Positions 7,168 to 16,833 are shown, numbered from the stretch's first letter. The stretch is DNA of 25,093 nt from a bacterium (GCA_030428205.1 JAUIBK010000048.1:1-25093), one strand, 5' to 3'. Numbers and translations: made by a program. The notes: generated from the sequence alone by a model not told the origin.

Positions 7168-8724
7168 GTGTCTTGTGAGAAAGATAGTCCAGAAGAGGTA
7201 GGGGCGTGTCCGTCTGCTACCAAGAAATCAGTGTTCAATCACTCGTATGACTTGTATCAGCTACTAAACGATCCTGTGCTGATTGTAGCTGGTGAAGGCG
7301 TCGTTCGTTGGGGAAATCAGGCAGCCGAGAAGCTTTTTTCAACACGTGTTGTAGGAAAGAGAGCTTTAGATCTTACACGAATTGAAAGTGAACCTTATGG
7401 AGAGGCCAAAGCAAGGCCTCGTTCATCAGTGCGGGTGATTTGCCACTACGATCTCTCTTCGTCTCAGGTCGGTCAAGAAGTGGAGTGGGCAGTCACATTT
7501 CATCCTGACTTAGAGTCTTACATCCTCCTTGGTCGTGTACGCTCTGCATATTATCGCGAAACCGAAGTCGCTCTTCGAGAAGCTGTTGCAAAAGCAAAAG
7601 CGGCGAGCCGCGCTAAGAGTGAATTTCTTGCGAATATGAGTCATGAAATTCGCACGCCTATGAATGGTGTTGTTGGAATGGCTGAGCTGCTACTTGAAAC
7701 AGAGTTAAACGAAGAACAACTCGAGCTCACCAGAGCGGTGCAAGTCTCGGCTGATTCTCTGTTGAATGTGATTAATGATATCCTCGATTTTTCCAAAATG
7801 GAAGCTGGCAAAATTGAAATCCTTCCTCGACCTACTCTCCTCGAAGAGCTGTTCAAAAAAATAGAGCTTGTCTTCTTAACGCATTCTCTTAAGAAGAACA
7901 TTGAGTTTACCTGCGTCGTTTCAGAAGAAGTTCCAGAAATTATACTGGTAGATCCCGATCGTTTAAAACAGGTTCTTATCAACTTAGTCGGCAATGCGAT
8001 GAAGTTCACACAGTGTGGGATTGTTGTTCTTTATGTTGGAGTAGATTCGATAACTGGGCAGCTTGAATTTATTGTGATTGATAGTGGAGCAGGGATCGAT
8101 ACTGAGTCGCAGCAAGCAATTTTTGAATCATTCACTCAAGCTGGCCCTGTTACTGGGCGCCAAGGAGGTACAGGGCTTGGACTTACGATTTCTTCTCGTC
8201 TCGTGTCAATGATGGGAGGTGAGCTTGGATTGCGGAGTCGAAAAGATCTCGGTAGCGTGTTTTACTTTTCTCTGCCGTTACATGAAGTTCAACTCGACCA
8301 AGAAGAAAGACGGAAGAGTGGAATATATGATGGATATATATCAACAAAGCGACATCTCAACATCTTGCTTGCTGAAGATAATGTCGTAAATCAGAAGCTC
8401 ACAACTTCAATCTTACATAAAGCTGGGCACACAGTAACTGTTGTTCCAAACGGGCGAGGGGTTATTGAGCATGTTCCTGGTGGTCGTTTTGATCTGGTTC
8501 TTATGGATATTAAGATGCCCGAGATGGACGGAGTACAAGCGGCTCAAAGACTCCGTGAGATGCTTTCAGGGAAAAATATTCCTATAATTGCCCTCACTGC
8601 TCATGCTATGTCAGGCGATCGAGAGAAGTATATTGCAGCTGGAATGGATGCCTATCTCTCAAAACCATTTAAGAAAAAAGAGCTTCTTCAGCTTATCCGT
8701 GATGTCGTCTCTATGCGAGCCTAG
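7168..8724 (+). CDS. Hybrid sensor histidine kinase (PAS-like N-terminus, HisKA, HATPase_c, then a C-terminal receiver domain)
   Basis: H-box MSHEIRTPMNGVVGMAELL, N-box LVGNAMKFT, G-boxes DSGAGID and GTGLGLTIS. The receiver carries ILLAEDNVVNQ...LVLMDIKMPEMDG...LSKPF. The track start is a GTG, so the true start is uncertain. Confidence 0.85.
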   Translation: MSCEKDSPEEVGACPSATKKSVFNHSYDLYQLLNDPVLIVAGEGVVRWGNQAAEKLFSTRVVGKRALDLTRIESEPYGEAKARPRSSVRVICHYDLSSSQVGQEVEWAVTFHPDLESYILLGRVRSAYYRETEVALREAVAKAKAASRAKSEFLANMSHEIRTPMNGVVGMAELLLETELNEEQLELTRAVQVSADSLLNVINDILDFSKMEAGKIEILPRPTLLEELFKKIELVFLTHSLKKNIEFTCVVSEEVPEIILVDPDRLKQVLINLVGNAMKFTQCGIVVLYVGVDSITGQLEFIVIDSGAGIDTESQQAIFESFTQAGPVTGRQGGTGLGLTISSRLVSMMGGELGLRSRKDLGSVFYFSLPLHEVQLDQEERRKSGIYDGYISTKRHLNILLAEDNVVNQKLTTSILHKAGHTVTVVPNGRGVIEHVPGGRFDLVLMDIKMPEMDGVQAAQRLREMLSGKNIPIIALTAHAMSGDREKYIAAGMDAYLSKPFKKKELLQLIRDVVSMRA

Positions 8725-8726
8725 GT

Positions 8727-8770
8727 ATTTCCTGTAATGTTCTCATTATGGAAATCTTTGGTTTTCTTCA
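8727..8770 (+). terminator. Weak AT-rich imperfect hairpin followed by a T-rich tract, directly after the kinase stop
   Basis: atttcc/ggaaat and taatg/catta stems are separated by a small internal loop, then ctttggttttcttc follows. Confidence 0.25.
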
Positions 8771-8790
8771 CCTGATTCTCATTTCAGTAT

Positions 8791-9525
8791 ATGGATTTTG
8801 ATTCTCTTCTTCCTGTTGCAGGTGTGATTGCTGTTTGCAGTGTGGTCCAATCGATCTTTGGTACCGGTTTGCTTGTCTTTGGGACTCCATCTCTTCTCTT
8901 GTTGGGTTTCACTTTCCGCGAGGCGCTCCTTCTGGTGTTGCCCGCCTCTCTTGTCATCAGTGTGTTGCAAACGCACCACGGTTGGCACCATATTCATGAT
9001 TTTCGACGTTCGTTTCTCGTTTATACTGCTCCACCTCTGGTAGTGGCTCTCGTTGTTGCACTCAGTTTTGAGGGGAGTATGAGCGGTAAGTACCCCATTG
9101 GTGTGATGTTGCTTCTCTCTGGTGCAATCCGTTTTTCGCCCTCGCTGACGGAAGAGTTTAAACAGTTTCTCCAGAAACACTCGCGCCTTTATCTCGTATG
9201 TATGGGAGCAGTTCACGGTGCTACAAATATGGGAGGGGCCTTGTTGACTATCTATGTGAACGGGCTTCACCACGAGAAAGAGGAGGTTCGTGCGCATATC
9301 GCTTTTGCGTATGTCATCTTCATTGTCCTACAGCTTTTTGTGCTTTTTGTTCTTGGCGTGTCATATGAGCTGCTTCTTCCAGCGCTTCTTGTTTTTCCGC
9401 TGATCTCCTTTGGGGTCTATCATGTGATAGGTCATAAGCTTTTTCAGGCAGCAAGCAATAAGGTTTTTTACGTCATTATGTCCATCTTGATGCTTAGTTT
9501 TGGAATTTTGCTCCTTCTCTCATAG
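8791..9525 (+). CDS. TauE/SafE (DUF81, TSUP) family membrane permease, probable
   Basis: It is 244 aa with about 8 TM segments and has two internally repeated Gly-rich motifs (IFGTGLLVFGTPSLLLLGF and GAVHGATNMGGALLTIY), as in DUF81 proteins. No SD was found. Confidence 0.5.
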   Translation: MDFDSLLPVAGVIAVCSVVQSIFGTGLLVFGTPSLLLLGFTFREALLLVLPASLVISVLQTHHGWHHIHDFRRSFLVYTAPPLVVALVVALSFEGSMSGKYPIGVMLLLSGAIRFSPSLTEEFKQFLQKHSRLYLVCMGAVHGATNMGGALLTIYVNGLHHEKEEVRAHIAFAYVIFIVLQLFVLFVLGVSYELLLPALLVFPLISFGVYHVIGHKLFQAASNKVFYVIMSILMLSFGILLLLS

Positions 9526-9561
9526 CTCTTCAGAGTATTAAGATACGGACTGGGTCTTTGT

Positions 9562-11484
9562 ATGGCATTTGAACTTTTTCTTCTTACTCTGTCCTTTGCG
9601 CTTGTTTTGCTCGCCTCCCTGCAGGTAGGGGAAGGAGTCAAGCGTCTCCACCTTCCTATGATTAGTGGCTTCATTCTGACTGGTGCTTTGGCTGGGCCCG
9701 ATATTCTCGGATTTATCTCTTCGAGTGATGAAGTCTATTTTTCGTTTGTTGATGCCATTGCGTTACCATTTATCGCGTATCTTGCAGGAGCCGAACTACA
9801 TTTTTCCGAGATAAGAAATAAATTTAAAACTATTATCACTATCCTCTCAGGTATTATCGTTGTTGTTCTTGCTGTAGGGATTGCAGCGATGCTGATCTTT
9901 GCTGATGCTATTCCTTTTATGCAGAGCATGACGTTGAAACACCAGCTTGGTGTGGCACTTCTTGGAGCAACCGTACTAGTTGCTAAATCTCCTTCGAGTC
10001 TTGTTGCGCTCATTAAAGAGTTACGGGCGCGTGGTCCATACATTCAGATTGTACTCGGAGTCACTGTCTTAATGGATAGTGTGGTTATTATACTCTTTAG
10101 TATCCAGAGCCTCTTAGCTCAAATGCTCTTTCAGGACACAGGAGTGAATCTGTTCCTGCTCCTTGCTCCTCCTCTGGAGATTGGTATCGATGTGCTGGGA
10201 GGACTCGTTGTGGCTTTTGCTGTGCATTGGATCTTAAGCCTTCCTATTCCTTATATTCTGACCTCGGCTCTTATTTTACTGAGTGGTTATGTCGTTTCTT
10301 CTCTCGATGGGTGGATTCCTGACATTCATCTGTTTGGACTACATATTCACCTTCTCTCCGAACCGCTCCTTATCTGTGTTGTCGCTGGTGCTTGGCTCTC
10401 GAACTATTCAAAATTTCGAGCAGAGTTTGAAAAATTGCTCGCCGATCTCTCGCCGCTTGTCTTTCTTTTCTTTTTTACCTCTCTTGGAATCACGATTAAC
10501 TTTGAGGTCCTCTCTCAGACGTGGCATATCGCACTCCTTCTTATGGTTGTACGAGCCGTTGGTATGATGTGTGGAGCGTTTCTCGGAGGCACTATCGCTG
10601 GAAACGAGCCCCGACACAATCGCTTCCTCGGTACGGCATTCATCACTCAAGCTGGGATCAGTTTAAGTTTGGCGAAAACCGTTGCCGTTATGTATCCCAC
10701 GTGGGGAGAGCAGTTTGCTACGGTCTTCATCGCCGTTATCGTTATGAATACGATGCTCGGTCCCACGTTGACAAAGTGGGGAATTTTACGTGTTGGCGAG
10801 AGTCGTCGTAGCGCTCTTCCACAACAACGACGAAGTGGTCGTCGAGTAATGATCTTTGGAATTGAGGATCAATCTCGCGCACTCTATCAACAGTTGCATG
10901 TACATGATTGGGAGGTCTCCCTTGTTGATACTGACCGAGAGAGAGTAGAAGCACTCAGTGCTGGAGTCGAAGAGCCGCTTTGTCTGACCAATGTTTCTGA
11001 GGAGGCTCTCCGCGGGCTTGGTGCCCACCTCGTTGATGCTATCATTTTGATGATGGACGATGAGACAAATTACCAGATAGCAGAGATTGCATATGAACAT
11101 TTTGGAGACGTAGATATCGTGGCAAGGCTCTCAAAACCAACCGAAGCCGCTCGTTTTCATGAGATAGGCGTCATGGTGGTAGAGCCTACTTCTGCAATGA
11201 TTGCTCTCCTTGATCACTGTGTTCGCTCTCCGGTAGCAGCTTCCTTGCTCCTGGGAAAGGAGCAGCAAAAAGATATCCTTGAACTCAAGGTGACCAACCC
11301 AAGTATGCACGGTGTGTCATTACGCGATATCCATTTTGAGGGAGATTCCCTCGTGTTAGCTATTCGCCGTAAAGGGCATGTGCTTTTTTCCCACGGATAT
11401 ACCCGACTCCGATTGGGAGATGAAGTAACAGTGGCTGGTTCGGTTGATTCACTCGATTATGTTCGTATGCTTCTCTCGTCGTAG
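9562..11484 (+). CDS. Monovalent cation:proton antiporter (CPA2, KefB/KefC-like) with C-terminal RCK/TrkA-N and TrkA-C domains
   Basis: The first 400 residues hold 12-13 TM helices (Na_H_Exchanger fold). They are followed by a Rossmann segment (RRVMIFGIEDQSRALYQQL...VSLVDTD) and a TrkA-C-like segment (ELKVTNPSMHGVSLRDI...LRLGDEVTVAG). Confidence 0.85.
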   Translation: MAFELFLLTLSFALVLLASLQVGEGVKRLHLPMISGFILTGALAGPDILGFISSSDEVYFSFVDAIALPFIAYLAGAELHFSEIRNKFKTIITILSGIIVVVLAVGIAAMLIFADAIPFMQSMTLKHQLGVALLGATVLVAKSPSSLVALIKELRARGPYIQIVLGVTVLMDSVVIILFSIQSLLAQMLFQDTGVNLFLLLAPPLEIGIDVLGGLVVAFAVHWILSLPIPYILTSALILLSGYVVSSLDGWIPDIHLFGLHIHLLSEPLLICVVAGAWLSNYSKFRAEFEKLLADLSPLVFLFFFTSLGITINFEVLSQTWHIALLLMVVRAVGMMCGAFLGGTIAGNEPRHNRFLGTAFITQAGISLSLAKTVAVMYPTWGEQFATVFIAVIVMNTMLGPTLTKWGILRVGESRRSALPQQRRSGRRVMIFGIEDQSRALYQQLHVHDWEVSLVDTDRERVEALSAGVEEPLCLTNVSEEALRGLGAHLVDAIILMMDDETNYQIAEIAYEHFGDVDIVARLSKPTEAARFHEIGVMVVEPTSAMIALLDHCVRSPVAASLLLGKEQQKDILELKVTNPSMHGVSLRDIHFEGDSLVLAIRRKGHVLFSHGYTRLRLGDEVTVAGSVDSLDYVRMLLSS

Positions 11485-11492
11485 GAAGGCCA

Positions 11493-12287
11493 ATGAGCAT
11501 TGCTTCTGAACATCTCTTACAACTTCATCGTGCGGAATTTGATTCTCTCGCTCTTCCAGAGGTGAGCAAGCATTTCAATCGAGAAGAAGCAGATGCCATT
11601 ATAGCCAATCTTCTCTTTCATGACTCCGTGCTCAACCCTGCTCGTTCTACCTTTTTTCTTCCGCCGAGTAACCCAGCTACAGTTGTTGTCTTTGGGGGTG
11701 GGGTCGCGGCCGGGAAGGACTACTTATATCACCAGTTTCTGCGGACCAATCAGCTCCCTGCGCATGCGATTCTTCACGATCCAGATTTGGTGATGGGTAT
11801 GCTCTCGGGCTTTCAAAAGGATGCGGCTAAAGATCCTGCGGCAGCATTTCTCAAGTGGGAGTCTGATGCGTTGCGGATTGCTCTTGAAATTTTACCGTTT
11901 GTAATCGCTCAGAAGCGGGATCTGGTTTACCTCCGAACCTTATCTTCTCCTTTCTGTATTGGGTTTCTTAAAGAGTGTACCGAGCGTTACGGATACTTGA
12001 TTCAGACGCATCTCCTGACCTGCGATGTTGAACGTGCGCTTGCTCGTGCTCATGCGCGAGCAAAGAAAGAGAAGCGAGAAGTACCTGAAAGCGAAATCAT
12101 GAAGCGCCACCAGAAAGTATCAGGGAATTTCTCTTTGCTACGTGAGCTCTCAGACTCGCTTGTTCTCTGGGAAAATAACGCTGAAGGCGATCATCCAGAG
12201 CAAATTGCACGCTTTGACTGCTCTGGTGAAGATATAGTTGCTCCTAAACGTTACGAGGCCTTTCTCTCAAAGGCACACTCACCGTAA
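11493..12287 (+). CDS. Hypothetical protein with an atypical P-loop (VVVFGGGVAAGKDY). It may be a degenerate member of the PPK2/zeta-toxin-like P-loop kinase fold
   Basis: A beta-strand followed by a Gly-rich loop and AAGK resembles PPK2 (FEGxDAAGKGG) and zeta toxin (GGQxGAGKT). The position after Lys holds Asp rather than Ser/Thr. It is 264 aa and starts 8 bp after the antiporter stop. Its 3' end overlaps the GGDEF gene by 44 bp. Confidence 0.45.
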   Translation: MSIASEHLLQLHRAEFDSLALPEVSKHFNREEADAIIANLLFHDSVLNPARSTFFLPPSNPATVVVFGGGVAAGKDYLYHQFLRTNQLPAHAILHDPDLVMGMLSGFQKDAAKDPAAAFLKWESDALRIALEILPFVIAQKRDLVYLRTLSSPFCIGFLKECTERYGYLIQTHLLTCDVERALARAHARAKKEKREVPESEIMKRHQKVSGNFSLLRELSDSLVLWENNAEGDHPEQIARFDCSGEDIVAPKRYEAFLSKAHSP

Positions 12288-13353
12288 CACGATTTCGTCC
12301 GCCAGTTTTTGACGCATAGAGAGCTACATCCGCAGACTTTATGGTCTGTTCTGCGATCTCTTCTGGGGTTGCCTGTTCCTTGTGGCTAGCAAAATCTATC
12401 TCTGCAACACCGAGACTCACCGTGACTGAAAAAGTTTCCTCTCCAATGGTGATTTGCGTGTTCTCTTCGACAAACCTTCGAATACGTTCAGCGACAAAAG
12501 CGGCAGTCTCTCTGTCAGTTTTTGGTAGCACCACTGTAAATTCTTCACCACCAGGTCTGGTTGCTGCGTCGTAATCACGAATGGCATAACCGATATTATC
12601 GGCAACGAGTTTGAGAGCTTTGTCGCCAACGTCGTGTCCATACTTATCATTTACTGACTTGAAGTGATCAATATCAATTTGAACGACAGAAACAGGGGTC
12701 GCATCACGCCAGGCACGATTGATTTCTCCCTTGAGCTTCTCGCCGAGACCACGTCTATTGAGAAGACCAGTCAGTGGGTCTGTTCGAGCGAGTTCATATG
12801 ACTGCTCGAGCTCTTTTCGTAATTTTACTTCAACGGAGATGTCGGTGAGGTGAAGCGAGTAGAGAGGCGAGTACTCGCCGAGCCTGGCAGCTTCGAGCCG
12901 ATACCATCGCTCTGTCTCAGACTTTGTGTCCTCAAATTCACCTTGCCAATGAGATTGGTTCTGTTCCATAGCGAGAAGGAGTTCCTGCTGCATTTCAAGT
13001 GGAAGGGGTTTGGTCCTCTTGCGAAAGAGCAGGGAGCCGTTGAGAGCCTCTGGGGAGGTTCCCAACCGTGAAGCGAATCCTGGATTGCATTCACGTACAA
13101 TAAGATCAACGAGCTTTCCTCCTTCTAAGCTTGTGGCAACAAGCCCGACAATGGCGGTGAGAGGGTAGTTTAAAGGGTCTTTGTAGGGTGATGCCTTTGG
13201 AGGTGTTGTGGGATCTTGTGCCGTTTGCAGTAAAGATCTTGGAATTACTACGTTTTTGAGGAGTGCGGAAAGTGGGGGCTGCCAAACTGTGATCGTGTCA
13301 GTTTGTCCATTTTCCTCCGACCTGGCCCCTTGGTCTAGTTGTTTAACAGTCAT
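12244..13353 (-). CDS. PAS-GGDEF diguanylate cyclase
   Basis: The GGDEF domain carries DPLTGLLNRRG, IDIDHFKSVND, the active site RPGGEEF and ALYASKTGGRNRV. Upstream there is a PAS-like sensor (LTAIVGLVATSLEGGKLVDLIVRECNPGF...). I chose the start at ATG 13353 (MTVKQL...), which is preceded by GGGGGGAGGAC. The track ORF starts 36 nt further upstream. Confidence 0.85.
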   Translation of the reverse strand: MTVKQLDQGARSEENGQTDTITVWQPPLSALLKNVVIPRSLLQTAQDPTTPPKASPYKDPLNYPLTAIVGLVATSLEGGKLVDLIVRECNPGFASRLGTSPEALNGSLLFRKRTKPLPLEMQQELLLAMEQNQSHWQGEFEDTKSETERWYRLEAARLGEYSPLYSLHLTDISVEVKLRKELEQSYELARTDPLTGLLNRRGLGEKLKGEINRAWRDATPVSVVQIDIDHFKSVNDKYGHDVGDKALKLVADNIGYAIRDYDAATRPGGEEFTVVLPKTDRETAAFVAERIRRFVEENTQITIGEETFSVTVSLGVAEIDFASHKEQATPEEIAEQTIKSADVALYASKTGGRNRVTVSVPLRERPRNV

Positions 13354-13648
13354 AATCGTCCTCCCCCCACGATCATCTCTCCTAAGCATAGTCGAGCTGG
13401 ATTTCTTAGTCGAAAATAAGTTGAAGGGGGACTATTGATGGGCTAGGGGAATCCCTTATTGTATCAGAATGTTCAATGTTTAGGGGTGTTAAGATTGACT
13501 AAGATCGACTTCGGGCTATTATTCATTTTACGTTTTTGTTCTCTCAGTCATGCTCCCTTTAAGTGAATTTCTCATCATAGAGTTGTAACTCATAGTCGTG
13601 GTGTATCGTTCTGAGAATTGTGTGTTGTAGTTTCAATTGTAGTGTTTC

Positions 13649-15760
13649 ATGTCTGAAGTAACTCATCATGGACCGAGTGGTCCGCAAGATCCCTCTTCAT
13701 CAGTTAGTGTTAATGGGGCGGCCCCGGTGGCAACACTTCCGCTTGCGCCAAGCCGAGAAGAGCTCCATGAAGCGCTTACTCAAGCCGTATATCTTCTCCC
13801 TGAAATTAGACGAAGTTCCTTTGGACATAACGACCCACTCATCATGCGCTGCATTGATGCAGACTATAAAAGCCAAGTTGTTCATGATGCCGTGCGTAAA
13901 GGCGAGAAGGCTTGGGCAGAAGCTCTTCGTGAGGGGGCTACTCAAGAAGATGCTGTTTCTGAAGCATTTACCGCAGCAGTACACACTTCGCTAAAGGAGA
14001 GGAGTAAGTATTCACAGTTTTTGAATATGGCCGAAGGAAAGAACGTTCTTACTACGTTTGGAACTGCGCGGGACAGTGTCATTGAGCAGAACCCTAAGAT
14101 TAATTCATTTTATCGAGAAGTTTTAGCGCCGAAGTGTGTCGCAGCTGGTATTAGTGTGGCAAATGGCGGGGCGATCTCTGGTTCAATGGGACTTGCTACC
14201 GAAGCATGGAAAGAATCTATAGAAGTCTCAATACGGCACGGAAACGCAGGAGCTGAAATCTTTCTTACGCCTCTTCGTATAGCAAGCTCACGTGAAGATA
14301 CACTCGAAATGAATGAGCCGTACTGTCACATCGCTCCAGACCTCGAGACGATGCTCTCACGAACAACAGGCCTTTATGCTGCCGGAAACACTGCTGCTTG
14401 CTTGGTGTCCCCAGGTGGAAGGGGAACCGAAGAGGAAGCTTTGCGCGGTATCGCCGAAGCTATTGCTAAAATCACTAAGGGGACGGACTCTTTTCATACC
14501 AATGGTAGCCCCGCTCATATGCACTTTGTTGGTATAAAAGGCTCTTTTGATCATCTTGAGACTCTCCTGAGACAGATGGAAGAGGTTGGAACTATTCCTG
14601 CCGGTATACTCGATTCTTTTGTGACTTTCTGGGATCTTTCAAGAGATAATCACGACCAGATTGCAGACGCCGTTGTCGCTTCATTTAAAACAGAAGGTGT
14701 TGAATGGCCATCCATTAATCCTAGTGCTGTCTATGATGACTACCTTCGCGCGCTCAACCAGACGCTCGATCAAGATGAATCTTTTTCTCTTCCAAGAGTA
14801 ACGGTAGATGATCCAGGTTATTGGCGTGGTCTTGATTCTCAGTATGCCGTATGTGTTCGTAGGGATGCCGAAGAGCATTTTCTTGAACTTGTGACCGTTC
14901 AGGGAGTCGCCGCTGATGATGCTCTCGAGCAGTCTCTCGCCAAAGCTCGTAAATGGCGCGATGCTCTCCATGATCTGCGAGAGAAGTGTAAAGATGACTA
15001 TACGGTAACAATTATTGGTACAGACTCCGAAGTTTGGAACGAAGACTTACAAAGGGCCACAGATCAACTTGTCAGCGAATGTGTCGAAAATGGGTACTCG
15101 TTGGTTGTTCGAGGAAATAGGACAAAAGGAGTAACGAAACGAGTATTTGATGCGTGGCATAGTGCGAAGAAAGATAATCCTCAATCCGTCTCTAAATTCA
15201 TACGCGTGCAGGGTCGTGCTGATGGTGAAAGAGTGCCTAAGTTCGGGGGAGCAAATGGTAGTACTGAAGCTATTCGTCAGGACCTCGTAGAGCATTTTGC
15301 ACCTCCTATTCGAACTCTCGTACTTCAGGCACCTCTACAGATCGGGTTAGGAAAGAGTCTTGGTGTCGTTGTCTATCCAGTTGGAAGCTCTGGCCTCAGT
15401 GAAATTGCTGGAGCGGCACTCTCGACACAACTCGCTGGTATTGTCGAAACACCTCATTCTCACGGAGGAGATAGGAGGACGAACTATCATGGAGCCCGTG
15501 GGAATTTCCATATGCCAGAAGTTTTCTATCTCAATCCTTCAATAAATACACTCGTCCCGTCGTCATCCCATTCAGATGGATTCTTTGATCACCTGATTGA
15601 GCAGTTTGAAGCTGATGTAGATCTTGGTACTGCCGATCCTCAAGACCACCGAGGGAAGCACCACTTACTTGATGTCGATGGGCAGTCTCTCGCTGTTGCA
15701 AATCACATCCTTTACGAGTTATCGGAAGCGGCAAAGAAGAGAGCCCAGGAGGCTCAATAA
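13649..15760 (+). CDS. Large (703 aa) protein with tandem LOG-like (Lysine_decarbox/TIGR00730 Rossmann) domains. The N-terminal copy is canonical and the C-terminal copy is degenerate
   Basis: Domain 1 has GISVANGGAISGSMG (the GGxGxMG motif) and LVSPGGRGTEEEALRG (the PGGxGTxEE motif), then HFVGIKGSFDHL, as in LOG/PpnN nucleotide 5'-monophosphate nucleosidases. Domain 2 has YSLVVRGNRTKGV and VVVYPVGSSGLSEIAGA, which are weakened copies of the same motifs. It is preceded by a low-complexity N-terminus of about 40 aa. Confidence 0.6.
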   Translation: MSEVTHHGPSGPQDPSSSVSVNGAAPVATLPLAPSREELHEALTQAVYLLPEIRRSSFGHNDPLIMRCIDADYKSQVVHDAVRKGEKAWAEALREGATQEDAVSEAFTAAVHTSLKERSKYSQFLNMAEGKNVLTTFGTARDSVIEQNPKINSFYREVLAPKCVAAGISVANGGAISGSMGLATEAWKESIEVSIRHGNAGAEIFLTPLRIASSREDTLEMNEPYCHIAPDLETMLSRTTGLYAAGNTAACLVSPGGRGTEEEALRGIAEAIAKITKGTDSFHTNGSPAHMHFVGIKGSFDHLETLLRQMEEVGTIPAGILDSFVTFWDLSRDNHDQIADAVVASFKTEGVEWPSINPSAVYDDYLRALNQTLDQDESFSLPRVTVDDPGYWRGLDSQYAVCVRRDAEEHFLELVTVQGVAADDALEQSLAKARKWRDALHDLREKCKDDYTVTIIGTDSEVWNEDLQRATDQLVSECVENGYSLVVRGNRTKGVTKRVFDAWHSAKKDNPQSVSKFIRVQGRADGERVPKFGGANGSTEAIRQDLVEHFAPPIRTLVLQAPLQIGLGKSLGVVVYPVGSSGLSEIAGAALSTQLAGIVETPHSHGGDRRTNYHGARGNFHMPEVFYLNPSINTLVPSSSHSDGFFDHLIEQFEADVDLGTADPQDHRGKHHLLDVDGQSLAVANHILYELSEAAKKRAQEAQ

Positions 15761-16833
15761 CCAGCTCTGAGCACGTCTTTCATCTTAGATATGTACGTAT
15801 TCGTATCAACCAGTTCCTGGGTATATTGGCTTGCCAGTGCGCAAAAAGTCTCACGTTTTGATTTGTCAGCGTAGAGCTCTCTGATGGCATATGCTAGTGC
15901 TTGGGCGTCTTTTGGTGGAACGACAAGACCATCTACGTCATTTTGCACTATCTCGGGCAGTCCTCCCACCTCTGACACAATAACAGGAACACCGAGAAAT
16001 CTTGACTCGATAATTGCACGAGGAACTCCTTCTCTCTCTACCGAGGACATCACGGAGAGATTGCAACTGTTGAGAATCTCCCGGACATCGCTTCGATACC
16101 CTAAGAGGTGGAAGCGATCTTCTAAGTCGAGCTCTTGTATCAGTTCTGTTAGGCCTTTGTGCCGATTTTCGCCAACCACGACAGTATGTAAATTCTTAAG
16201 ATCACGTAACTTGCTTACAGCCTGAGCTAGTACATCTACACCTTTGACGGGGCGAATATTGGCGATACATCCAACAACAAAAGCATTCTTTGGTATTCCA
16301 AGAGTTGTAAGATCTGTCTTAGAGTTCGTTGTGTACCATTCGGGTCGGTGTCCCTTGTAGACAACGGGGAGCTTTTCTTCTGGGAGGCCTAGTCCGAGCA
16401 GGTATCGTTGGACCGCACGGCAATTACACACGATTGCAGACACCCTTGGGTGGAGGTGTGCGAATCTTGAAGAGGGATCCCAGTGTGAGAGGTGTCCCAT
16501 GGTGCCTCGGTACGCTACGATTTTTATTGGTATTCCAGTTGATGCAAGTAGAGTGCAGGAGAGTCCCTTATTCGCCGTGGCGTAAGCTGTATCAAAGGAG
16601 TTATCTTTGAGAAGCTTTCTTAGAGCGAGAATTGAAGGGAGATGAAAGCGGTGTTTTATGTGTAGCTCAGTAACAGGGATGCCAGCAGCCCGTAACTCAC
16701 TCTGCCTCGATTCTCTGGGATCACAAACGAGGTGCAGATCGATCCCAGACTGTTTCAGCCCGAGTATCAATTCGATTTCACACCGGTCGCTGACACAGGT
16801 GACAAAGAGGAGTTTGAGAGGTCGTTCTTTCAT
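15754..16833 (-). CDS. GT4-family (group 1) glycosyltransferase
   Basis: The EX7E region reads EREGVPRAIIESRFLGVPVIVSEVGGLPEIV, and the protein has the GT-B two-Rossmann organisation. It overlaps the upstream convergent gene by 7 bp. Confidence 0.8.
   Translation of the reverse strand: MKERPLKLLFVTCVSDRCEIELILGLKQSGIDLHLVCDPRESRQSELRAAGIPVTELHIKHRFHLPSILALRKLLKDNSFDTAYATANKGLSCTLLASTGIPIKIVAYRGTMGHLSHWDPSSRFAHLHPRVSAIVCNCRAVQRYLLGLGLPEEKLPVVYKGHRPEWYTTNSKTDLTTLGIPKNAFVVGCIANIRPVKGVDVLAQAVSKLRDLKNLHTVVVGENRHKGLTELIQELDLEDRFHLLGYRSDVREILNSCNLSVMSSVEREGVPRAIIESRFLGVPVIVSEVGGLPEIVQNDVDGLVVPPKDAQALAYAIRELYADKSKRETFCALASQYTQELVDTNTYISKMKDVLRAGY

Noticed and set aside
12244-12287. Possible frameshift explaining the 44-bp convergent overlap of the P-loop and GGDEF genes
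   Set aside because: The GGDEF C-terminus (ALYASKTGGRNRVTV...) is complete and typical up to its stop. The P-loop protein's tail has no obvious truncation, so I treat the overlap as real, although resequencing could change this.
13668-13994. 108-aa plus-strand ORF overlapping the start of the LOG-like gene
   Set aside because: It is in an alternative frame to a gene with clear LOG motifs. It has no RBS and an Arg/Leu-rich composition.
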